A DNA stretch of 64,000 bases from an uncultured Candidatus Saccharibacteria bacterium (GTDB taxonomy: Bacteria; Patescibacteriota; Minisyncoccia; Phycocordibacterales; UBA2100). Of this stretch, positions 55,817-63,839 are shown piece after piece (position 1 is the first letter of the stretch; every line of letters starts with the position of its first letter). A program made the position numbers and the translations under genes. The notes beneath the pieces are model-generated. The model was given only the letters and a program-made list of their open reading frames with translations, made no database searches and was not told the origin of the DNA. The stretch spans positions 65,971-129,970 of the forward strand of contig CAZJEQ010000001.1 in the NCBI GenBank assembly GCA_964545165.1, given 5' to 3'.

Positions 55817-55855
55817 TGCAGATATAAATGTGCGATCGCATAATTATATCTGCAG
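55817..55855. repeat. 39-bp near-perfect palindrome, copy 2 (TGCAGATATAAATGTGCGATCGCATAATTATATCTGCAG)
   Basis: Begins 8 nt after the stop of 53089-55809. Inverted-orientation copy of the 52377-52415 element. Inner 10-bp perfect palindrome TGCGATCGCA. Confidence 0.8.
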
Positions 55856-55982
55856 GCTGTCTATAAGACGTGGCGCTCATATTATGAAGATGCTAGTCTG
55901 CGAAGAGGAGAGATGATACACGTGGTCTTTCCGACCGCTCACGCGGGTCTTACACGTGTTCTCAAGGACAAAGGACTAGAAG

Positions 55983-56624
55983 ATGACCAAGCTCAAATCG
56001 GGTGCCGACGGCACTCCGGAGACGGCCAACACGGGTCAACACGGCTGCCTGCCGATCGACGTCGTCACCAAGGGCGACAACAACATCGTGGCGATCGTGG
56101 GCGCCGGTTGCATTCCGATCGACCTCTTCCTGATGGAGGGCGCCGCGACGGGCGTGGCCTACCTGCGCGACGACGTGTTCACCCTGGTCAAGACCAAGGA
56201 GAACTTCGACCTGTCGATCATCCATGCGGCGCCGCGCGACAACGACACGTTGCATGCCGACGACTTCGCCATCTCGCGTGAGATGATCGACGTCGACCCG
56301 TTCAACGGCCCGGCGGATCTCGTCCTCAACAACGTCACCGAGCGCTACGTCGGCCTGTTCGGTGCCTCGCGTCGCAAGCTCGCTCAGCCGGAGGCCTCGC
56401 TCAGCGGTCTCGCGGTGTGCGAAGCGGACGCTTTCGGCGATCGCCAGTGCATCAGCGACTCCGCCACCGGCGGTGACGACGCTGATCAGCTCGGCGACGA
56501 CGGCTCGATGCCCGATCTGTTGCAGGCGTGGCCCGAAGGCGGCGACGGCCGCCCCGTTCCGGCCTACATCGCAGCGGCGGCGCTGGGCGCTCACGCTCCG
56601 ATGGGCTTCGCGGCGACGACCTAG
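55983..56624 (+). CDS. hypothetical protein encoded with extreme GC3 (~90%), atypical for this genome; probable horizontally acquired gene
   Basis: ORF track 213 aa. Almost every codon ends in G/C, in contrast to rplL and recA here. Followed by strong terminator. The antisense ORF 55962-56645 is Arg-rich junk. Confidence 0.4.
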   Translation: MTKLKSGADGTPETANTGQHGCLPIDVVTKGDNNIVAIVGAGCIPIDLFLMEGAATGVAYLRDDVFTLVKTKENFDLSIIHAAPRDNDTLHADDFAISREMIDVDPFNGPADLVLNNVTERYVGLFGASRRKLAQPEASLSGLAVCEADAFGDRQCISDSATGGDDADQLGDDGSMPDLLQAWPEGGDGRPVPAYIAAAALGAHAPMGFAATT

Positions 56625-56685
56625 CGGCCTCTCCTCGGCCCACACTTTCGGAGCGATCGTCTCAACGACGAGAGTTCCACAAGAT

Positions 56686-56722
56686 GCCGGCGGACTTCGC
56701 GTCCGCCGGCGTTTCTTTTTTA
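56686..56722 (+). terminator. rho-independent terminator
   Basis: GCCGGCGGACTTCGCGTCCGCCGGCGTTTCTTTTTTA. Confidence 0.7.
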
Positions 56723-56743
56723 TAAAACCTGTATGAGTCAGGT

Positions 56744-57061
56744 GTGGACTGGATTCATGAAGGTGATACCGTGGAGGTAGGGAAGATACATGGCGCGGTC
56801 TTTCCTCACACCGAGTATTTGGTGCGCAGATGCGCCAACGGAGGTGACATGACTACACAGTCAGGTTGGAGGAACGGTGCCTTGGGCTCGGGAGATGTAT
56901 CGCTCCTGGATTCCATCGGCGCGCGAGCCCTCGACGGCTCGATCTCCCTCTCGGAGCGGGAGCTCGCTGCACAGTATGTGCTGGGCGAAGGTGAGACGGA
57001 GCCCGCGCAACTGCTCGGCATCATCGGCGGGCCGGCTGCCAGCATCATCGACTTCGGCTAG
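56744..57061 (+). CDS. hypothetical small protein (GTG start at 56744, or ATG at 56849 preceded by GGAGGTG)
   Basis: ORF track 105 aa. Bounded by terminators on both sides. Confidence 0.3.
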   Translation: MDWIHEGDTVEVGKIHGAVFPHTEYLVRRCANGGDMTTQSGWRNGALGSGDVSLLDSIGARALDGSISLSERELAAQYVLGEGETEPAQLLGIIGGPAASIIDFG

Positions 57062-57120
57062 CCGCAGCTCAGGGCAAGTCAAAGTCAGATCGACACGTGT
57101 CGATCACAGACCTTCTCCTG

Positions 57121-57156
57121 TTGAGAAGTGCGGCGGACCTCCGGGTCCGTCGCCTT
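57121..57156. terminator. bidirectional terminator between convergent genes
   Basis: CGGCGGACCTCCGGGTCCGTCGCC followed by TTTCTTTTTT. Confidence 0.55.
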
Positions 57157-57162
57157 TCTTTT

Positions 57163-57915
57163 TTAGAATCGGGGGCGATTGACCCAATTTTTTAGTGTGC
57201 GGAACACAAGATACAAAAGTACGATTGCGAGTACATAAAAAAGCCAGCGCGTGTCGAATGCAAAGAGTGCAGCGGCAGCGGCGAGCTGAAGGCCTTTGGC
57301 ACCATATTCCTGAGCAGAATCGGTGAGCGATGGTGCGACCGCGCTGTTCATCGGCGGTCGGGTCTCGACTTTCTGCTTGGCGTAGGGCTCGACGAAATTC
57401 GCACCTGCTTCCCGGGCTTTTTCTGTCTGCTCGATGATGGCATCGGCGACGGTGCCGACTATTGGCACGGAGCTCGTCATATCGGAAATGGTGCTGCTCA
57501 CAGTCGACATGGTTTTATCCACGACGCCCGGCTCTTTGGGTGGCGGTGGCAGGGCGGCCGAGATCGTCACCGATATTTTTTCGGTCGATTCCTTCTGGGT
57601 GCCGGAGACAAAGCTGGCGCTGAGCGCGTGCGTGCCTTTGACCGCCGGCCAGCTCGATGTGATAAGTGATGAGCCGCCAGCGGGGAGTGAGACCTCCTTG
57701 GTATCAAATGTGGTACCGTCGGCGAGGAATGCGACGGCACCTTTCATCTCGCTGTCGGAGGCGTTGTACACCGCGGCGTACATGGTGACCTTTTCACCCT
57801 CGCGTGCCGTCGTCGATGAGACCCAGAGCGGCTGGCGCGGGAAGCCAAATGCAGCGGCAGAGACAAGCGACGGTGCAAGAACGAGGATGGATACCAGGAA
57901 AACTCGGGTACGCAT
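57163..57915 (-). CDS. hypothetical secreted protein with signal peptide and C-terminal TM anchor
   Basis: MRTRVFLVSILVLAPSLVSAAA signal. C-terminal WLFYVLAIVLLYLVF helix. Confidence 0.5.
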   Translation of the reverse strand: MRTRVFLVSILVLAPSLVSAAAFGFPRQPLWVSSTTAREGEKVTMYAAVYNASDSEMKGAVAFLADGTTFDTKEVSLPAGGSSLITSSWPAVKGTHALSASFVSGTQKESTEKISVTISAALPPPPKEPGVVDKTMSTVSSTISDMTSSVPIVGTVADAIIEQTEKAREAGANFVEPYAKQKVETRPPMNSAVAPSLTDSAQEYGAKGLQLAAAAALFAFDTRWLFYVLAIVLLYLVFRTLKNWVNRPRF

Positions 57916-57935
57916 GCCTACAGTATAATAGAGAT

Positions 57936-58097
57936 ATGCAGCAGTCTGGGACGAGTGATTTCTTCAAATTCCTCTTCGGCTTCCTCATTTTTATCTGCGT
58001 GAGCTTCGGCGTGACCTTTACCGTCAACAAGCTCGCCATCGCCAAAGACCTCTCCCAAGCCGCCGCGGCGGCGCGCGCACAGACCTTGGGCGAATAA
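57936..58097 (+). CDS. hypothetical 53-aa membrane micro-protein
   Basis: TATAAT 6 nt before the ATG. Hydrophobic FFKFLFGFLIFICVSFGVTF. Followed by terminator at 58101-58135. Confidence 0.4.
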   Translation: MQQSGTSDFFKFLFGFLIFICVSFGVTFTVNKLAIAKDLSQAAAAARAQTLGE

Positions 58098-58100
58098 ATG

Positions 58101-58135
58101 AAAACGCCGGGACCCGAAGGCCCGGCGTTTCTCAG
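58101..58135 (+). terminator. rho-independent terminator
   Basis: AAAACGCCGGGACCCGAAGGCCCGGCGTTTCTCAG. Confidence 0.65.
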
Positions 58136-58144
58136 TGGCTGGCG

Positions 58145-58396
58145 TCACAGGACGCCGTAGTTGCGGAAGATCGTGGCGATCGCTGTGCGGTGGGTGCGAT
58201 GCTCGTCACCCGCGTCTAGCTGTTCGAGTTGCCAGTCGAGGGTCTGGTGGTTGCCGACGAGCGCGGTGTCGAGAGTGGCGATGATCGCCAGGCGACCCTG
58301 CCTATTGGTACCGAAATGCTGCTCGATCGCTGCTTCGATCATCGCCCGCTGTACGACGGCCGCATTGTGAGGTGCCCGTCCTTGAGTTGTTTGCAT
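58145..58396 (-). CDS. hypothetical small protein (83 aa)
   Basis: Track ORF trimmed to MQTTQGRAPHN. No motif recognised. Confidence 0.3.
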   Translation of the reverse strand: MQTTQGRAPHNAAVVQRAMIEAAIEQHFGTNRQGRLAIIATLDTALVGNHQTLDWQLEQLDAGDEHRTHRTAIATIFRNYGVL

Positions 58397-58642
58397 GAAA
58401 GCCTCTACACATTGAGGGGAGCGCAGCGGATTGCTGCGCCAAGGATGCACAGCCTGGTGTGCTGCCGGCATAATGCCACAATTGATTGATTCGTAAAGGT
58501 GGTGTAGGATGCTCCGCACAAGGCCAGAGAAAGCGGGTTCCGAAAGGATTCAAGTCGCAAGACACCTGCCGAGGTCGAACACTCCCACCGCTCCGGCGGA
58601 AAGAGGGCCTTGTAGTCATTAGCAAGGTCCTATTGTCATTCC
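58397..58642 (+). promoter_or_regulatory. long 5' leader of rplJ-rplL (candidate L10-leader autoregulatory RNA)
   Basis: ~245-nt untranslated, GC-rich, hairpin-rich region directly upstream of rplJ. Bacterial rplJ operons carry an L10(L12)4-binding leader. Confidence 0.4.
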
Positions 58643-59137
58643 ATGGCAAAAACAAAAGCACAGAAACAGGTGATCATCACGAAGCTCGAAGATGCATTCA
58701 AAAATGCTACCTCGACTGTCTTCGTGCACTTCAACGGGCTCGCGGTCTCGGATGAGAGCGCGATCCGTCGTGATTTCCGCAAGGACGGAGTGAAGTACTT
58801 CGTCGCCAAGAAGACCCTCATTCTCCGCGCGCTCGCGGCTCTCGGCCACCAGGTCGACAGCCTCGTGCTCGATGGTGAAATCGCCGTCGCATACGGCGGC
58901 GGTGAGGATTCGACCGTTGCGGCACGTCTCGTGCATGCAGCGGGCAAGAAGCTCGCAGATAAAGTCGGCATCGTCGGCGGTATCTTCGAGGGTAAGATCG
59001 TCGACGGCGCAGCAATGCGCGAGATCGCTACGATCCCGTCACTCGACGTACTCCGCGGTATGTTTGCGCAGGTGATCAACTCACCGCGCCAGCGTTTCGC
59101 AGTCGTCTTGAGCGAAGTCGCAAAAACCAAAAATTAA
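58643..59137 (+). CDS. rplJ: 50S ribosomal protein L10
   Basis: KAQKQVIITKLEDAFKNATSTVFVHFNGLAV... matches uL10. Confidence 0.95.
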   Translation: MAKTKAQKQVIITKLEDAFKNATSTVFVHFNGLAVSDESAIRRDFRKDGVKYFVAKKTLILRALAALGHQVDSLVLDGEIAVAYGGGEDSTVAARLVHAAGKKLADKVGIVGGIFEGKIVDGAAMREIATIPSLDVLRGMFAQVINSPRQRFAVVLSEVAKTKN

Positions 59138-59155
59138 TCAGTATCAATTATTGTT

Positions 59156-59512
59156 ATGAACAACGAACAGATCATCGAAGCAGTTGAGAAGATGACCGTC
59201 CTCGAGCTCAACACGCTCGTGAAAGCCATCGAAGAGAAGTGGGGTGTTTCTGCAGCGGCAGTCGCCGTCGCCGGCCCGGCAGCAGCCGCAGCCGAAGAGA
59301 AGTCGGAATTCGACGTCGAGCTCACCGCGACCGGCGAGCAGAAGATCGCCGTCATCAAGGCGGTGAAGGAAGTTCTCGGCCTCGGCCTCGCGGAAGCGAA
59401 GACGATGGTAGAGAGCGCACCGGTCATGATGAAGACGGGTATGAAGAAGGAAGATGCCGAAGCCCTCAAGAAGAAGGTGGAGGAAGCAGGCGGCAAGGTC
59501 ACGCTCAAGTAA
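59156..59512 (+). CDS. rplL: 50S ribosomal protein L7/L12
   Basis: [35 protein letters not shown]...[12 protein letters not shown]. Confidence 0.95.
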   Translation: MNNEQIIEAVEKMTVLELNTLVKAIEEKWGVSAAAVAVAGPAAAAAEEKSEFDVELTATGEQKIAVIKAVKEVLGLGLAEAKTMVESAPVMMKTGMKKEDAEALKKKVEEAGGKVTLK

Positions 59513-59531
59513 CCCGAGAAGCCACAAAGCG

Positions 59532-59564
59532 GAAAGCCGATCTCGCGATCGGCTTTTTCGTTTT
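59532..59564. terminator. bidirectional rho-independent terminator after rplL
   Basis: GAAAGCCGATCTCGCGATCGGCTTTTTCGTTTT. Confidence 0.7.
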
Positions 59565-59579
59565 CACGCCGCGTGCGCG

Positions 59580-60056
59580 TCATTCGCGCACGCGATATTT
59601 TCTCGGGAGCTTGGTGAGGTCGACGCGGTATTGCTCGAGCTGCGCCTTCGCCGCTTCGGCGCGATAGTACAGGTGCTTGCTGCATGCAGCGGCGTATGCC
59701 TGCACATCGTCTGCCGAGGCGCGAGCAAATCCTTGGAAGTAGATCTTCTCGACAAGGCGATGCTGCCCGGGGATGCGCGCCTCGATGTGGTTGTCCCACT
59801 TCGTTTCGTGGCCGTCCCTCCCCAGCGCCTTCCTGCGCCAGCGCGTCAGCGACACGCGCAACTCTGGCGAGCCGTCGAAGGTCGTGAACGTGTGCTTCAC
59901 AAGGCTGCACATCTCATCGCCTCCGCGATCCGTGCTCTCGTGTCGGAGAATAATGACGCCGTCCTTTCGGAACAACCGGTCGTTGTCAGTAGGGGGCGCT
60001 TTGGTCGTGATTATCACGAAGCACCCTTGCCCGAGCTTTTGAGGGATGACTTTCAT
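59580..60056 (-). CDS. hypothetical protein (158 aa)
   Basis: The only frame here with protein-like composition and high GC3. Overlapping plus-strand and other minus-frame ORFs are Arg-rich. Confidence 0.3.
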   Translation of the reverse strand: MKVIPQKLGQGCFVIITTKAPPTDNDRLFRKDGVIILRHESTDRGGDEMCSLVKHTFTTFDGSPELRVSLTRWRRKALGRDGHETKWDNHIEARIPGQHRLVEKIYFQGFARASADDVQAYAAACSKHLYYRAEAAKAQLEQYRVDLTKLPRKYRVRE

Positions 60057-60161
60057 CGTGCGCTCCTTATGCCGGCGGGTACTCTAAAGGTGCTCACTCA
60101 TTATTGCAAGCTCGCTTGCAGAGCCGTTTGAGTTTGTTTCGCGCGGCGGTACGATGCTGAC

Positions 60162-60653
60162 ATGAGCGATGTCTTTCTCGGGTTGGGAAGTAATCTCGGC
60201 AATCGCATCGAGAATTTGCGTCGTGCACTCATCGCGCTCGAAGAGCATGTCGCGGTGAGTGAGAAATCGTCGGTCTACGAGAGTCTGCCACATGGCGTCG
60301 ATGATCAGCCCTTCTATTTAAATATGGTGGTCCGTGCGACCACGCCGCTCACGCCACGCGGACTCCTCGCTGCCGTGAAGATGGTGGAGCAAAATATCGG
60401 CCGCGAGCCCAATACCCATCATCTGCCGCGCCCGATCGATATCGACATCCTTATGTACGGCGACGAGGTCGTGCAGGATGATGATCTCTCTATTCCGCAT
60501 CGCGAGCTGCACAAGCGCGCGTTTGTGCTGGTACCGCTCGAAGAGCTCGCGTCATTCCATATGCATCCCACGCTCCGAAAGCCCGTGATTGATCTGCTCG
60601 ATGAGCTCGGCGGATACGAGGGATTGGTATGGCCAGCGGATGACCGACTATGA
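60162..60653 (+). CDS. folK: 2-amino-4-hydroxy-6-hydroxymethyldihydropteridine pyrophosphokinase (HPPK)
   Basis: FLGLGSNLG, PRPIDIDIL, HRELHKRAFVLVPL motifs. Confidence 0.9.
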   Translation: MSDVFLGLGSNLGNRIENLRRALIALEEHVAVSEKSSVYESLPHGVDDQPFYLNMVVRATTPLTPRGLLAAVKMVEQNIGREPNTHHLPRPIDIDILMYGDEVVQDDDLSIPHRELHKRAFVLVPLEELASFHMHPTLRKPVIDLLDELGGYEGLVWPADDRL

Positions 60654-61486
60654 GTTTCGCGTGGGGCAAGTACACCCAGGTCATGGGTATTGTGAATGTG
60701 ACACCCGATTCATTCTCGGGTGATGGCATGTCAGAGATCGACGATGCGGTCGCGCAGGGAATACAGATGGCGCGCGATGGTGCACACCTACTCGATGTGG
60801 GCGGCGAGAGTACGCGCCCCGGCTCCACACCAGTGTCGCTCGAAGATGAGCTTGCGCGAGTCATTCCCGTCATCGAGAAGCTCGCGCGGGAAGTCCCAAT
60901 CCCGATATCGATAGATACGTACAAAGCTGAAGTCGCGCGGCGCGCGATCACTGCGGGTGCGTCCATCATCAACGACGTCTGGTCCGGCGCGATGGACCCG
61001 GCGATGCTGCCGCTCGCAGCAGAGATGCGCGTACCGATTATTCTCATGCACAATCGCTCACGTCCGAAAGACGCGGCCCAAGAGGAGATACTCGGCGGGC
61101 GCTACATCGGTGTCGAGTACGATGACCTGATTGCAGATATCTCCGACGAATTGCAGGAGCGCATTGATGCCGCGATCGATGCGGGAATCGCGCGTGAGCA
61201 TATCATCATCGATCCCGGCATCGGCTTCGGCAAAACAGTCGAGCAAAATCTCACGCTCGTGCGTCGCCTTGGCGAATTCAAGAAGCTCGGTTTTCCGCTA
61301 CTCGTCGGCCCGTCGAGGAAATCCTTTGTCGGGTACACGCTTGCGCTCCCGCCGGACGAGCGGGTGGAGGGGACAGCGGCCGCGGTCGCACTCTGTATCG
61401 ATCGCGGGGCAGACATGGTGCGGGTGCACGATGTGAAGAGTATGGTGCGGGTCGCGGCGCTCGCCGACGCCGTGCGCGCCTCATGA
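60650..61486 (+). CDS. folP: dihydropteroate synthase
   Basis: GIVNVTPDSFSGDG, DVGGESTRPG, IDTYK, pterin-binding barrel motifs. ATGA overlap with folK. Confidence 0.9.
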   Translation: MSFAWGKYTQVMGIVNVTPDSFSGDGMSEIDDAVAQGIQMARDGAHLLDVGGESTRPGSTPVSLEDELARVIPVIEKLAREVPIPISIDTYKAEVARRAITAGASIINDVWSGAMDPAMLPLAAEMRVPIILMHNRSRPKDAAQEEILGGRYIGVEYDDLIADISDELQERIDAAIDAGIAREHIIIDPGIGFGKTVEQNLTLVRRLGEFKKLGFPLLVGPSRKSFVGYTLALPPDERVEGTAAAVALCIDRGADMVRVHDVKSMVRVAALADAVRAS

Positions 61487-61560
61487 ATTAACCTGCCTAC
61501 CGGCAGGCAGGCTATCCACAGGTATACCTTCATCTCCGAAGCAGGTGCTACTATCGAGGT

Positions 61561-62193
61561 ATGGCAATCAAAGAAGATTTTCTCGCATCGTTCATCGGAA
61601 ATAGGGAGCGCGCGCAGCTGATGCGCGTCTTTGTTTTTAATCCATCAGAAGTCGTCAGTCTCGCGACGGCAGCCAAGCGTGCCGGTATCTCAGGCAAAGC
61701 AGCCGCGCGGGAATTGAAGGTCCTCGAAAAGCTCGGCATTGTGAAGCGTGGGCGCTCGTTCTCGGTCGCGCTGGCCAATGGCACCAAGCGCATGGTCCAG
61801 GGCAAGCAGCGCGAAGATCTCTGGGTACTCAATACTGATTTCAAACACCTTCGTGGTGTCTCCGGCTTCATCCACGAGACCTCGCCGGTCAAATTCGACA
61901 ACATCGTCGGGGCGCTTCGCCCCGGTGGGAAGATCTCGGCCGTCATTCTCTCGGGCTCCTTTGTGGGAGATCCGACGCGTCCGGCAGACTTGATCGTCGC
62001 GGCAGATCCGCTCCATGAGCGCAAACTCGAAAGCGCCATTCGTCAGCTGGAGCCGCAGTTTGGACGCGAGATCCGCTTTGCCGCGTTTTCGACCCCGGAA
62101 TTCCGCTATCGCCTCACCATCCAGGATCGCCTCATTCGCGATACCCTCGATTTTCCGCACCTCGTCCTCTTGGACAGAACGCGTCTCCTGTAG
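61561..62193 (+). CDS. hypothetical wHTH-containing protein
   Basis: VSLATAAKRAGISGKAAARELKVLEKLGIVKR wHTH. TACTAT box 6 nt before the ATG. Confidence 0.4.
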   Translation: MAIKEDFLASFIGNRERAQLMRVFVFNPSEVVSLATAAKRAGISGKAAARELKVLEKLGIVKRGRSFSVALANGTKRMVQGKQREDLWVLNTDFKHLRGVSGFIHETSPVKFDNIVGALRPGGKISAVILSGSFVGDPTRPADLIVAADPLHERKLESAIRQLEPQFGREIRFAAFSTPEFRYRLTIQDRLIRDTLDFPHLVLLDRTRLL

Positions 62194-62337
62194 CGAAACG
62201 GCTCAATTGAGCCACCGTACTATCCACACGGCCCCCCTGCGGGGCCGTGTCCTCATGAACGAGTTGTTATCATTACGTTCATAGGGGGTCGAAACCTTAA
62301 GTCCTTTTAAAAATTATTCATTAATACTCTTACTACT

Positions 62338-63024
62338 ATGATAGTTACTCAGTCAGCGGCTTCGGTGCAGGGTTCGTTTTACGATATGTGGTACACCGTC
62401 GCTCAGTACGTCCCGGCAATCTTGGCTGCGGTCGTCGTCTTCCTCATCGGGTGGATCGTCGGCATCATCCTCTACCGCGTGGTAGTGGAAGTCGTCCGCG
62501 TGCTCCGCATCGATGACGCTTTGCGTGCAGCCGGCATGAACGATGCTGCCAAGCAGGCGGGCTTCAATCTCGACACGGGCAAGTTCCTCGGTCGCCTCGT
62601 CGAGTGGTTTGTCATCTTGGTGTTCCTCGTTGCGGCGCTTGATATCCTCAACCTCACGCGCGTGACGGTCTTCCTCCAGACGGTGGTACTCCTCTACTTG
62701 CCGCAGGTCATCGTCGCTTCGCTCATCATCATCTTGGGCGCAATCGTCGCAGAGGTGGTACGTGGTCTCATCTCGCACTCGGGCAAAGCCACGGGTGCTC
62801 ACGGCGCAAATCTCGCTGGCACGATTGCCAAGTACGCGATTCTCGCATGGGCAGTGATGGCCGCGCTCCAGCAGCTCGGCATCGCCGCAGACATGATCCA
62901 GACGCTCTTCACTGGTATCGTCGTCGCTCTCTCGCTCGCATTCGGCCTTTCCTTCGGCCTCGGCGGCAAAGAAGCAGCAGGACGCACCATCGAGCGCCTC
63001 CGCTCCGAAATCGCACACAAGTAA
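62338..63024 (+). CDS. membrane protein with repeated 'conserved TM helix' units (MscS-N-terminal-like)
   Basis: Three similar hydrophobic repeats in 228 aa. Confidence 0.45.
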   Translation: MIVTQSAASVQGSFYDMWYTVAQYVPAILAAVVVFLIGWIVGIILYRVVVEVVRVLRIDDALRAAGMNDAAKQAGFNLDTGKFLGRLVEWFVILVFLVAALDILNLTRVTVFLQTVVLLYLPQVIVASLIIILGAIVAEVVRGLISHSGKATGAHGANLAGTIAKYAILAWAVMAALQQLGIAADMIQTLFTGIVVALSLAFGLSFGLGGKEAAGRTIERLRSEIAHK

Positions 63025-63044
63025 TTTCGGCCTCGTTTCTCGAC

Positions 63045-63075
63045 ACGACCCCGCCCGTGGCGGGGTCGTGTTTTG
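63045..63075 (+). terminator. rho-independent terminator
   Basis: ACGACCCCGCCCGTGGCGGGGTCGTGTTTTG. Confidence 0.7.
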
Positions 63076-63156
63076 TTACACCCGGACATGTCGCTGCAGC
63101 AACATGTCCGGGTGTAACTCTTCAAATTCTCAGCTGAGAATTTGAAGGTTATACTG
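63075..63156 (+). promoter_or_regulatory. copy B of ~82-bp double-palindrome promoter-proximal module (sense to gene 63162-63839)
   Basis: GTTACACCCGGACATGTCGCTGCAGCAACATGTCCGGGTGTAAC, then CTTCAAATTCTC-AGCT-GAGAATTTGAAG, then GTTATACTG, 5 nt, ATG. TATACT -10-like box lies 6 nt before the start codon. Confidence 0.6.
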
Positions 63157-63161
63157 CGCGC

Positions 63162-63839
63162 ATGCAAGCAGTCATTCTCGCCGCCGGTCGTGGTACGCGC
63201 ATGGGTGCGCTCACCGAGTCGACCCCGAAGCCGATGCTCCTCCTCAATGGTCGCCCGGTCCTTGAGTACATTTTTGATTCGCTTCCCGATAGTGTCGACG
63301 AAATTATTGTTGTCGTGGGGTACCTGGGCGGCGTCATACAAAAGCATTTCGGCGGTGTTTATATAGACAAAAAGATATTGTATGTCGAACAGGAGACACT
63401 CAACGGTACTGCCGGTGCACTCTGGGCGGCACAAGAGCTGATTCACGGACCGTTTCTTGTGCTCAACGGCGACGATATGTACGAGCGAGAAGACATGGAG
63501 GCGTGCTTCAAGTACGACTGGGCGGTACTCGTCTATAAGATGGATCACCTGGAAGGCGCGAGTGTGATCTTCGATGCAAACAATGTCGTGACCTCTATCG
63601 AGGAAAACGATGCTCGCGATCGTGAGAGCGGGTACGCGAACGCGGCACTGTACTTTTTGCAGCCAACAATTTTCGAATACCCGCTGATTCCAAAGAGGCC
63701 GGGCTCATCAGAATTCGGGTTGCCACAAACCATCATTGCCGCAGGATTACCGCTTGTGGCAGTACCAGCTACGTCGTGGGTTCGCCTCACTGAACCGAGC
63801 GACATTCAAAAGGCTGAAGAGATACTTGCAGCGCGTTGA
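63162..63839 (+). CDS. sugar-phosphate nucleotidyltransferase (NTP_transferase family)
   Basis: MQAVILAAGRGTRMGALTESTPKPML G-rich pyrophosphorylase signature. Confidence 0.8.
   Translation: MQAVILAAGRGTRMGALTESTPKPMLLLNGRPVLEYIFDSLPDSVDEIIVVVGYLGGVIQKHFGGVYIDKKILYVEQETLNGTAGALWAAQELIHGPFLVLNGDDMYEREDMEACFKYDWAVLVYKMDHLEGASVIFDANNVVTSIEENDARDRESGYANAALYFLQPTIFEYPLIPKRPGSSEFGLPQTIIAAGLPLVAVPATSWVRLTEPSDIQKAEEILAAR

Noticed and set aside
55962-56645. 227-aa minus-strand ORF overlapping the GC3-extreme gene
   Set aside because: Arg/Val/Asp-rich shadow frame of a ~70% GC gene. The plus-strand frame has protein-like composition, a start context and a downstream terminator.
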